This document shows positions 37,387 through 48,980 of a DNA stretch of 64,000 nt, one piece after another; position 1 is the stretch's first letter, and each line of letters opens with the position of its first letter. The DNA is from Diadema antillarum. Taxonomy: Eukaryota. The position numbers were made by a program, and so were the translations under genes. The stretch spans positions 1,922,001 through 1,986,000 of the forward strand of contig NW_027271753.1 of the NCBI RefSeq assembly GCF_040938485.1, given 5' to 3'. The notes beneath the pieces are model-generated. The model did not search any database. It was not told where the DNA came from and saw only the letters and a list, made by a program, of their open reading frames with translations.

Positions 37387-38212
37387 TTACCCATGAAGGA
37401 TACTCGCAGCATGTAGAGATCGAACACGGTGCTTTCTGTCCAATATCCCTTTCACGCTAGTCATTTGGACCCGGGAGATTTCACACTGAGTCAAACGGGG
37501 AATAACAGCAAAACAAAATCATTTTCGTATTAGCGATTGAGCTTCCGATAAAACGATAACATATAACGCTGTCGACTTCAATATAAGGAATGTTTTTCTT
37601 ATCAAACATAGTGTATGTACTGTGATTGTATGTAATGCATACATATTGAAGCCGGTTACATGCACTGGTGTTTGCTGTGTAAGGCGCATGCGTAAATATC
37701 AAGTTCGAATTGGTTAGAAACCATTCGGAAACCGTGAAGTTTCGAAAGAATTTCATCAATGAGCAGGAAAAAACGAGAGAGAAGCATCAATTCATGATAA
37801 AATGTCAGAAGCACGAGTAACCCCCCCCCCCCCCCACCCCCTCTAGAAACTCGTGCTGGACTTTGTCTTGACGTATTGGCCAACAGCATTACAGACTTGG
37901 AATGGTGGTTCAATTAAGTTCATTACAGTTACAATCGTGTATTTGGGATTTGAACAGACTAAAAAGCCACTTCTAAATGAAACAAACAAACAAGGGGAGG
38001 ATAGAATATGTTACCTGGGATTTTGCTGCTTTCATGTTTGAGATGATTTTAATTTTTGTCCAAATCTTAGGGATAGATGAAGCATCGAAGACTTAATAAT
38101 CGAGACATCAAAATTGGATGCTTAGAACTGGTCAATGTTTGCCCTATTGAAAGTTCTAATCAGTTGCCCCTGTCGGTGATTTCCCCGTCACGCCCTTTAA
38201 AAAAATGTCGAG

Positions 38213-38773
38213 ATGTGATTGGTCGTAGGAAAGAAATCGGAAGCAGCCAATCAGCCAATCACAGCAGCGCATTTCACATCATAAACAGTTTCTACTGTTT
38301 ACATTTCCACTGACTCACTTTGAACTTCCCCAATGCTGTCTTCCAACCATTTTTATGAACTTGATTGGACCCTAGGAGATTGGATCAGCCAGGGGCAAAT
38401 TTCAAAACTTTTCCACGCTTTTTTTTCCCCAATGTTTGAGGGGCTCAGCTTCGAGATCTCACTGTCCTTGAGAATGAATCTCTCATTTAAGGAACAGTCT
38501 TACTTTGTAATGCGAACTATAGCCCTTTCATTTTCATGAATCTGATTTTCTGAAAGTTACGGACCCATAACGCTTTGCACAACGTGGACGTACCCGGTAG
38601 TGTGCTCTTTCCGGAAGTGACGTCACTCGCCTGAGCAATTCTAGTAGCCCAACAGGTGCCCTACTGACGTGGGAATACAGTCACCCCTACTCTCCACTAG
38701 CCAAAATATGGGAGAGTCAAAGTAGAGAGCAACGTGAGATAAAACACTCTTTACCTAAACAAATATGACGTCA
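38213..38773. promoter_or_regulatory. Promoter-like motif cluster (CCAAT boxes, ETS-CRE composite, CRE)
   Basis: CCAAT at 38247 and 38255, several ATTGG nearby, CCGGAAGTGACGTCA at 38611-38625, TGACGTCA at 38766-38773. Confidence 0.4.
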
Positions 38774-39006
38774 GTAATGTGGTAAATAGTTTGACAGGTG
38801 ACGAACCGATTATGATATATTCTTTCATTCCGTCTGCATACATTATGGTCCAAAGTCCGTGGATCTTGCTCTCACTCAACATCCACGGGTTATCATCCGT
38901 GTGCGTGGAAAACTACGCAAACGATCGGCTGAAGTCTGCAGTGACACCACCTCCCTGCACAGACGGAATGTACCTCCACTGCACGTAGGTCAGCTCAGCT
39001 GAAGAG
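38755..39006 (-). other. Orphan exon-like segment of an unidentified minus-strand gene or pseudogene
   Basis: Acceptor CTGCCTTTATTTCTACAG|, donor TTTAG|GTAAAG, 252 nt. One frame has 83 codons broken only by a TAG at 38913-38915. Confidence 0.4.
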
Positions 39007-39419
39007 CTGTAGAAATAAAGGCAGATATGTGACACTTAGGTGTGACAAGTTCTTTTCACGTGACCAATACTTGAGCACACCTATGGAGGAAGAACAGGCA
39101 TAGGAATTTAGGCTAATCCGTGCTGTCAGGCTCGAAGACTTTGTACAGGGAGATCTCATTCCACCTCCCTACTATAAATAATGTTGCATCGATGCAAATG
39201 CAAATGATTGGTTCACATGCAGAAACGCCACTTTGCACGTACCTACCAATCAAAAGCCTTTTGCAGGACAAGCACGAATAAAGCTTGATGGACTCTTGGA
39301 CATGTTACTTAACTCTGACTGATCAATCTTTCCTGTAATGATAATTTCATGGAATATCGAATGTTTATTTTTAGTTATCGCAGTTGTATAATGATATAAT
39401 AGTATGGTCTTCTATATAG

Positions 39420-39570
39420 CCAGGGTAGCCTCGTTAGTGTTACAACTGCTCTTTAATACCAGAGGGCTCTGTCGTTATGATAAACAAGCAGTGGATAAAA
39501 CATCTTGTATACAAGGACATAGGCACTTAACACAATTCGAACCCCGGACCCTCGCTGAATTGCACGCACT
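39420..39570 (-). mobile_element. tRNA-SINE family copy 2 (internally deleted)
   Basis: CCAGGGTAGCC...AGTGTT...AGAGGGC.CTGTC shared with the 43531 copy; reverse B box TTCGAACCC at ~39536. Confidence 0.6.
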
Positions 39571-41112
39571 CATCAAACAACAACGCGATTATGCTAAATT
39601 GATCTTTTTTTTTTCTAAGAATGATTAACAATAGCAAACAAATCAAATTTATTTTTGACACGGCACGATATTTGATATTACAAGCTCCAAAATTTAAAGT
39701 GATATTACTTAAGGCTTAAGATGCAAGGAATAGATTTTTTTTTTAATGTAAATAGATGAATTAATCTAAAGTAGGCCTAATTAATGTGGCGTTGCCAGAG
39801 GATTGTAAAAATGAATATTATGAACACATAACACTTTGAGCACGTCACCCTTAATGTAAACGGTAATATTGTAGTTATGGTTATTATAATTATAATTTTC
39901 ATTATTGTTGTTGTTAACTGTTATTACTGTTATCATCATTCTTCATGATTATCCTTATCATAGTATTAACAACAGTGAAATCATTGTAGTAACAATAATA
40001 ACTTAAGTCTTTTGTCGTCATTATTATCAAGATGCAGTGGCAGTCACATGACAGTGTCAGTCACATGATAGTATCAGTCACGTGACAGCGTCACTTGTCA
40101 TCACAAAACTCTCTTGACACTGTCATGACTGTAGACAGATATGAATGAGTACGAAATCGATCAATAAAATGCAGATAAAAATGTCGACATAAAAGTCACC
40201 TGGCAATCACACTTCAGGCATCTGTCGCATTTTTATGAAAAATTGAGAGTGTTCATTTTATTTTTTAAATCTTAAATTTCCCGGCTGATGTCTATAACAG
40301 TTTAGAACAAGTAAAAGAAAACACATTACTTGTTAATTTTCAATACAGAGAAGATTGTGTAACGATGATTGAGGGTAACTCGGAACAGAGGAAGTATCTT
40401 TATTTTGCGCGCCAAGAAATGGATATTAACGTTTTTATCGTCTGGTTCTGGTTGCGTTTTTGCTTCTGAGAATTGACCATTTCTGGCCGCTCCCTTACTA
40501 ATGAACGATTGGTAACTGCACATCCTACAGTGAGGAAAGAATGAGTCAAAGTTTGGCAAGAACTGCATACATTCGACATACTTCCTCATTTCCGAAAATC
40601 GTGAACGTAATTATGACGAGTGTATGGTGCAGTCCATAAAGAAATATAAAGACTTTACACATGGAATTTATTTCTCATCCGCCCCTCCCCCCGCTCCTCC
40701 CCCCCTCCCCCCCCCCCCCCCGGCCACTTGAGACGCGCACGTTGCTTTGCTTTGTAGTGCAAACGTTGGACGAGATAAGCCCTGTTATCGCAATTTTGAT
40801 GTAGTTATGACAGAACAAACAATCTCCATTTTACGTCAAACTTTGCGAGAGACCACACGCGTTTGCGCCCTCCGAATGAACGGCAATATTTCGAATACTC
40901 CAACCTTCACGTAGTTTATACATTCGTTATTTTAACCTTAGTTATGAAGCTTTCATATTTCCGGTCAGAGCGAGTGAAGACATATTATTAGACTACATAA
41001 GAAACGGTTGGTTTTCAATATTTCATATTCCAGACAATGGGGGCGCGACATCTTCTTGAGAGTTTTAAACTAGCTCGATATCAGATACACGTACCAAGTA
41101 ATTCATGTTCAA

Positions 41113-41730
41113 CGGGAAATTCTGGGCCGGGAAAGGAAAAGTTAGTCTGATAAAAAGAGTAAAATTCTATGAGCACAACCGCAAAAGTATGATCAAAATC
41201 GGATAGAAATCAAGGAAGTTATACTATGAAAATGAAGTTTAGCTAATTTTTACAAAACACTTCTTGAACAGTCAATATGATATTCTGCATATGAGTTAGT
41301 TGATGTCGTCATCTCCTCAAACCTTGCAATATAGCTTGTACACAAGATCCTGGAATTTCTCATGTTTTGCTCAAACGCAATTATGCTCCAGTCTAAAGTC
41401 TTAATCAATCCAACTTATCATTATTTCGAAGTTATTCAGCCAGAAACAAGATTTTGTTGTACACTTTTATAGCAGTAAATAGCTTTTTTTCGTCAGTTTT
41501 TTATTTGTACACGAACAATGGAACATTGTGTAGTGATGACGTCGTCAGCTCATTCAGTTGAATATTCATACTGTTCGAGAACTGTTTTGCAACAATGAGC
41601 AAAACTGAAAACACAATTTAATAACTTCCCTAATCTTTATCCGATGATTTTGATCAAATTTTCACTGTTGTCCTCATAAGATTGTACTCTTTCTTTTCAG
41701 ACTTACATTTAACCGGTCCGGAATTATCCT
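41113..41730. mobile_element. Older, degenerate Kolobok-like TIR element
   Basis: Right end CCGGTCCGGAATTATCCT|TTAA. The left end is a degenerate inverse (GGGAAATTCTGGGCCGG), with matching inverted blocks GATCAAAATCGGATA / TATCCGATGATTTTGATC. Confidence 0.55.
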
Positions 41731-43189
41731 TTAAACCAAAAGGGATAGTGGCTAAGTCAATAAAGAGTGGATTGTTCTGGTACTTTTGAGAGTCACTCTG
41801 ATTTTTTTTTTTATAGATTCTAATAAAACATGAAATAAGAATATTGTTGGTGTGGTGCGGTTTTCATTCCTTAGATTTCTTTTCCTGTGGCTACGGTCTC
41901 AAACTGGTACAATGTAAAACATTTTAATGACACTCTCTAATAACTCTCTTTCCTCTTTTTTTTTCTTGTTTCGTTTTTCATAGTTTTGAAATGAGGAAGG
42001 AAAGCCAAGCGAGCATAAGAGGAAATGAGATTTGTATCCTATTTCTAAACTAACAATCTTCACACTGACAGGTTTTGTATTGGACAATAAGATACCATAC
42101 TCATAACTCCAAAGGAAAAAAAAATCCCAACAAATGGACAAGTGGCAGACGAAAACCTCGAGATGACATTAGCTTGTATTTCACAACCTCTCTTCATTGT
42201 CTGTGCGATATAATACAAGAAATATTTCTAATGTACACTTTCACAACCGTGAGAAAACCTTTAAACAACATGGAAACTTTGCTCTATAAACAATAAAGGC
42301 CAAAGTTGTATGTAGACGAAAGCAATATAATGTGACAGATTGAATACAATGGGTCATGCTTCCTCATCCGAAGACTTGAGCTGATGTAAACTTTGCAATT
42401 ATCTTGTATTATTTGGATATGGAAACAAATAAATGAAGTGAAATGAAATGTGATTGGTACGTCACTTTGACTAGGACTAGGGGTACAAAAATTTTTTAAT
42501 CATCACATCAAACTAAACTCAGCACATAGGTCCTGCATGAATTATATAAGGCTGCCTTTTCTACAGTCACCTCGCGAATGCGTTGTTGGCATATGACCAA
42601 GTTACCGTGCAAATCCTAGTCGCATTCAAGTTGACTTAACTCGATCGACGGCCTTACAAGTTTCCTATTGCATTTCACACAAACCTTGGAAAAATCCCCC
42701 TTTCTGTCGAGGGCTCAAATTCAAAGAAATTCCAACTTTTCCATGGAACCATTCCAGTATCGAAAAACATTTCGCAATGGTGACTTTTAAAGGGGTAGTT
42801 ATAGCTGTTACGGTGATGATAGCTATGTGATCTATATCACTAGAAACGTGTACGATTTTGAATTTCATAACTTTCTTTTATATCACACGATTTGAAGAAA
42901 TGCTCGTCTTTCTCTACTTCATCCAATTTTGCTTAGATGGAGCGGAATTCGCCTGCAGTACATATCTATATATAACACATCTCTACCTTATCCCACTTCC
43001 CCCTTTTTAAATCTTGTATAGAGTACACTATACCATTCTTCCTGCTGTTACACAGACTATTTTCGTCATTTCCAAAATGGAGTTTAGTATGTTATACAGT
43101 TACCAGCATGAGTGTATCAATAATGTCATTACTGGACAAGTTTCAGCATTCTTCGTTAATCCACAGAGTAGATTTCATTATCATAATCT

Positions 43190-43990
43190 TGAAAATGAAA
43201 CAAGTCATTGCGATTCCGGCATTGAAGAAATCCTCACTCTTTGATGCTTGACAAAGACATTTTCACGAATTACAGATAGTTTCCAATTTCGCATCCAATT
43301 CCTCCAATAAATGGATGACTCTCAACTTTATGAGCCTCTTCTGTCTGCAGATAAAAGTGACCATAGCTGCGAAACAGCCCTTCTAAAGATCAAGATAATG
43401 CTGATAACGAGGATGATGATAAGGATGATGATGATGAGGATGATGATGATGATGATAATAATGATAACACTAATAATAGAAATGATAACAATTACAATAA
43501 CAATAATGAAAATAATACGGTCGTCTTTGTCCAGGGTAGCCTATTAAGTGTTGCCACTGCTCTAACAGAGGGCCCTGTCATATTATTATTACCCCATCGA
43601 TGCCAGGTACCCATTTATACACCTGGGTCGAGAGAGACGTGATGGGTAAAATCATCTTGTCCAAGGACGTAAGCACTGGACGGGATTCGAAGTCGGGTCC
43701 TCCGATTGAAAGTTCAACGTCTTATCTACAATGTCACAGTTCCTCAAAGGACGATATCCTGTGCAGCATTGACAAGCAAGAAGGCATGATTATAGTAAAA
43801 CCAATTAGGTACTAGTCGGTTAGATACTAGTTGCTATACCTCATCGGTCATACTCGATCTGTCTGAAGACTTTGATACTATTGATCATCAAATTCTGGAT
43901 CGAAGGCCGAATGAGATTCTATACCCTTGTCAATATTCAAAGCTCAGCACTGATGTACGCTGGACAATTTCATTTCTCACAAACCACTGA
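43190..43990 (+). mobile_element. Decayed L2-type LINE reverse-transcriptase fragment, split by a SINE
   Basis: Translates to LDKDIF.NYR.VSN, LYEPLLSA..SDHSCETALLKIK and, after the SINE, DDILCSIDKQEG..LDLSEDFDTIDHQIL. These are CR1/L2 RT motifs with stops and frameshifts. Confidence 0.75.
43531..43745 (-). mobile_element. tRNA-SINE family copy 3 (most complete) with (ATG/ATA)n tail at 43380-43520
   Basis: Reverse tRNA-like head GGGATTCGAA...GATTGAAAG, central CCAGGTACCCATTTATACACCTGGGTCGAGAG motif, simple-repeat tail. Confidence 0.7.
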
Positions 43991-44270
43991 ATGCTTGTCT
44001 GCGTGTCTGTAGTCATCTGCTTGATTCGTGTTTACTGAAACATGGACATTCCATTCCAGTGATCTTCGATCGGGCAAGACGGGATCTCGAATCTCACCTT
44101 CTCGCATTTTTCGGACTCAAGAAGACGAGATGACGAAATCTCGTCTCCATGGACACAAAAAGGTTGAGAAGAAAAGATCAAACATTTTCTTTCCCGCCTT
44201 CTCGACCCCCAAATCTCGAGTTGACGAGATCTCACATCATTTCTTGCCTTGTCGCCTCTTCGCACCCATT

Positions 44271-44596
44271 GGCCCGAATTCACGAAGGTGGTACAAATGA
44301 AACCATGGTTTAAACCAAGGACAAAAACCATGGAGCGCCACGTGTCGCACGGAATATTTCGTTACGAAATTGGTCATTTCGTCGACAAAATGACCGTTTC
44401 GTTAACGAAATTATCATTTCGTGGACGAAATGTTCATTTAGTTACAAAATTTTGTCATTTCGTTACAAAATAATCATTTCATCGACGAAATGACTGATTT
44501 CGTAACGAAATATTCCATGCGACATTTAGCGCTCCGTGGTTTTTGTCCATGGTTTAAACCATGGTTTCATTTGAACCACCTTCGTGAATTCGGGCC
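44271..44596. mobile_element. Palindromic MITE (Harbinger-like ends) inserted in an older repeat spanning ~44040-44760
   Basis: Long TIRs GGCCCGAATTCACGAAGGTGGT.CAAATGAAACCATGGTTTAAACCA / inverse, and internal ~21-bp TTTCGTT/AACGAAAT repeats. The flanks are CTCG/CGAGA-rich repeat remnants. TSD unclear. Confidence 0.8.
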
Positions 44597-45301
44597 AATA
44601 TGTCAAAATGACAAGATCCAAAATCCCGCCTGCTCACTTTCTCGCAACAAAGGATAGGAGAATATGCGATTTAAAAGATCGCCAACTTGGCCGGACTAAA
44701 AAGGTCGAGAAGGCGAGGACTATTAGCGCGACTTCTCGGCGACACTTATGCGGTTCCCTAAGTTCACATTCACCATCCACTACATAGCGGCTGGCGAAGG
44801 AAAGGATCTCATCCAACATGTTCAAACACGTCCAAAGTGGTCTACAAAGTGGTCTTACAGCAGAGCGCCAAAGTACAGCGAGGAGAGTCTACATGGTGTG
44901 TCATTCTTTACAAGGTACATTATACATTCATCTATAAATATATTGAACATTCGGGAAACTCTTCTCTTCTCCTCCCGCCAATTCAATCAAACAATTTTTC
45001 TCATTTTATGATTTTTTTTTCTCTCATTGTCGGGTATCTTTGGTTTGGTTCAGGCTCCATACACAAGTTTGATTTAGGATGATAAATCATATGAGTATTT
45101 TTGTTTGTAATTAGAGTTGGAGTAAAACTCGATTGTTTGGAAGAAACAGTATAACTTAAGTGAAGCCCTTCCCTCTGTGCGCTATGGGACAAGGAGTATT
45201 CGAGGGAGCTGTGCTCTCCTCCTCGACATTTTTTGATCATGGTGGTTCTCTTCGTCCATGATAAATAAATCATACACATATGATATATGAATATAAACAT
45301 A

Positions 45302-45303
<2 letters not shown>

Positions 45304-45388
<85 letters not shown>
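45304..45388. repeat. (AT)n-(GT)n compound microsatellite
   Basis: Long TA run followed by a TG run. Confidence 0.95.
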
Positions 45389-45389
<1 letters not shown>

Positions 45390-46941
45390 AATGAATGGTT
45401 CTTGTCACAAGCTGTAGGCCTATATGATTCTTTTATCTTTTTCACAATGACTGATAAAGATTTGTAAATTTTGTGATTTTATGTGATTGTAAAACAATAC
45501 AATATATGATAAAAACACTCCAACAATTAATTCAGTTTGAAGACATAGGCATTTTTAAAACTCTGTGATCTTACAGAAATTTCTTTGTCTCCGCCTAATA
45601 ATTTGTACAATACACCACGTTGACTCTGATGCTGACGGAAATTAGGCCTACATCTCTGTGCGCTTTGTGTCAGGCGGAAAGGAGAATATAACGAAATGAT
45701 ATCAAAGGGTAAAAAGCTATTCCCTCCCCCCCCCCTTCAAAGTAAGGCGTCCCTTAAGTTATTTAGCACTAAAACAATTCAGTGACAGAGAACATGGAGA
45801 AGTATAGGTTCACCACAGCAGTCAGGCTTTACAACATTGAACATTGACAGGTGTAAGCATGACCGTACTTTATAAGGATACATCATGCTTGAATAACATA
45901 CACAAATGAGCATTATGTCAGTTTATCTAGAGTGTGTTGACTGAGCTCGTTGATAACAAAACAAGAACAGTATCACCAAGGTTAAACAATTTATGATTCT
46001 GACGTGCATTGTTTACATACATGACTCGATATCATAAGAACACGTGCTTACCGCCTTTACTCTCCTTTTGATCCGATGTGATGCACATGTTGTGTTACAC
46101 ATAAGGTCATAACCGTGTACATGTATAGGCATACGCACGCATGTAATCGAGATCGTACAATTTGGTCAAGTGTAGATAAAGACAAGAGGTACCCTTCTTT
46201 CCATTAGTGCTCCCCTCGCAAAACGAATCTGCATCCGATCTCTTCAAATACTGGATATACACGAAACGGACCTTGATCTTCTGTGTAGTAAATAAATAGA
46301 TTTTTAAAAAGACCAACAACACATAGACCGTAACGCCGAGAATCTCGTTTGGTTGTATTTTACATTGTCTTATACATCGGTATACTAATGCTGGCTTTCT
46401 TTGTTGTTGCTGGGTGTTTTTTTTTTTTCCTTTATAATATCCCCGATGCTTGTCTCGACGTACACACACACACAAAAAAATTCTTCTGCAGGCAAACTGG
46501 ATTGTATTGCTGTAAAAATATAATAATAAACTATACCTTGATACTTTAGGCCCTTATTTAATAGAAAAACATGTCCCACAATCCATTCCACCGCACCGCC
46601 ACAACCACGTGACTGTTATATGCAAATCAGAGGGATTGATATCTTCACCTCATAAATTTTACATTGACCTGTACGCACGTCTCCGCTGAATTTCCTTTCA
46701 TAAATTTGAAGATATACGTAGTCGTCGTCAAATCGTTGACCAAAATTACTATGGTTATAACGTTTTCTTGTAGAGTGTAGAGTTGATAGCTAATGGCATG
46801 GTCACCTAACGTACACTCTATTATATCGTTGTAAATCACTATCACCTTTTCTCGAAAACATGGGATATTTGGATATTCCAGAACTCTCTTTTTCTTTGTC
46901 GTTTTTGTCTGGTCTTGTTTGGTTTGATGATGCTTCTATCA

Positions 46942-47117
46942 CAGGGGCGGATCCAGGAATTCTCTAAAGGGGGGGGGGGGGGGGGGGGGGTGACTAATAT
47001 TTCTGGTGCCACTTCCGGGTTTCATTTCATTTTTTTCTTTTTATTTCTTTTGTTTTTAACAAAAAATAAAGGGGGGGGGGCGTGCGACGGTTGCGCCCCC
47101 CTCTGGATCCGCCACTG
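46942..47117 (+). mobile_element. CAGGGGCGGATCC-family MITE with 5-bp TSD TATCA
   Basis: CAGGGGCGGATCCAG...CTGGATCCGCCACTG; TATCA at 46937-46941 and 47118-47122. Confidence 0.9.
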
Positions 47118-48144
47118 TATCATTTCGTGCGTTTGATTTTACTGTGCTCACTAAAAACACCAATGGAATGAACAGGATTAAGCGACAAGTATATAACGTT
47201 GAGAAATGACATCGTTGCCATACCATTAGTTTTCATTCTTAATATAATATAACATAATATGATATAACATAATATGATATAATATGATCTAATATAAAAA
47301 AATACAATATACTATAATGTGATATAAGATATTATATAACATAATTCATATATAAGAAATACTTTACGCACGTTTATTCTTCTCTTTATATGACTTGTAC
47401 ACACACGCACACATACACACCCATTTATAAGACTCGTTTTGAGAATGACTTTTGTGTGTGTGTTTGGCACATGCAGACATAATTATACAGGAAGAAGAAG
47501 AAAAAAATAATTACAAAGTACTAGTAAGCAATCAGACAAAGTAGTTACTAACCTTCGATATCACAACCCAGCAGATAATCAACGACAATGCGCAACCAAC
47601 AAATCGGAAACTAAATGAAAAAAATGATAATGATTATGGATATCCTCATAATGGGAAACTGCCATATTACGCATAACTCCGAAATCGGCTTTCGTATGAC
47701 AGTGTGAGTAATCACATCCTTTTGGGGTAAAGCTCTTCGTCGGATTACTCAGTCTGTTTGTTTGTTTATGTGTCAATGCTCCTTGAACATTGATGAAATA
47801 ACATAGGAAATTCATATACATTGTATGCATACTCCTTCTTATAATCATGATTCAAATACACCCCCCCCCCCGCCCGTTTGCATCAATTTTAATTGTCATC
47901 CAGTTTGTCAAAAAAGAAAGAAGCAATTTTCAGGTGGTTTTTTTCGGTCTCTGTGAATATTACATTCCTCATGCAAGAAAAATGAAATAACACGTCAATC
48001 CAAAATAATAGTTTTAAAGACACTTCGCAAAACAACATCCATAAAATTAGCACCATGCATGCCTTATAAAAACATGTGCTCGTGTCATGATCATGAAATG
48101 GAGAAAATAGGCCAATCGGACATTTACTTGTGAAGGGTCATTTT

Positions 48145-48145
<1 letters not shown>

Positions 48146-48188
<43 letters not shown>

Positions 48189-48271
48189 TTTTATTTTTCA
48201 ATGATATCTTCTTGATTTCATTCAAATCATTCATAAATCAACCCATTCTGGAATGTACCATGAACCACACA

Positions 48272-48342
<71 letters not shown>
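48146..48342. repeat. Two (AC)n microsatellites (48146-48186, 48266-48342)
   Basis: Long AC runs. Confidence 0.95.
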
Positions 48343-48345
<3 letters not shown>

Positions 48346-48880
48346 AACAAACAAATACACAAACATACGCACACATTCAACCATATACTCCCTCGCTGAT
48401 GATGTGGTTTCATTGACTTGTGATGTTGACTGGTGATTAACTTGTGATGTTTGTTAGCGCCGGTTTGAAGGACCATCAGGCCTAAAGAAACACCTACACA
48501 CAATGCGGTAAGTCTCGAAACCGTTTATTGCCCGAGAATATCAGATCGGAGCTGGGAGATAGTTTGGATCAATTCCACAGTGCTAATCATATAAGCTATT
48601 TGATTCTCGTGATCGAAACGTCTTGCAAAAATAAAATATCCAGCGTCCCGCCAACACCAATTAGCCAGAGATGTTAAAGACCTGCCCGCCTGCCCTGTCT
48701 GCGTGGTCTACGCTCCACACGCTGTAAAGTTCCTGTTTTAACGCGTCGGGTGCGTCTGTTGTTTTCGTTTTTCGTTGGCGTTCCTGGCGACCATCGTGAT
48801 GATTCTGTCTACACCCAGGTTAGCTGACACATATGTTTACATCTGATTCAGAAACAAATTTTAGCATCTTTTACTCACTT

Positions 48881-48980
48881 TGAGTGTGACTCGTAAAAGC
48901 ACATCACCTCACCACTCAAAAACACCACCGCGGTGGTGTTTTTGAGTGGTGAGGTGATGTGCTTTTACGAGTCACACTCA
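48881..48980. repeat. Perfect spacer-less 100-bp palindrome
   Basis: 48931-48980 is the exact reverse complement of 48881-48930; centre CCG|CGG. Confidence 0.97.

Noticed and set aside
44788-44914. Plus-strand exon-like segment
   Set aside because: Open in all three frames, built partly from 12-bp tandem repeats and adjacent to TE remnants; no homology recognised.
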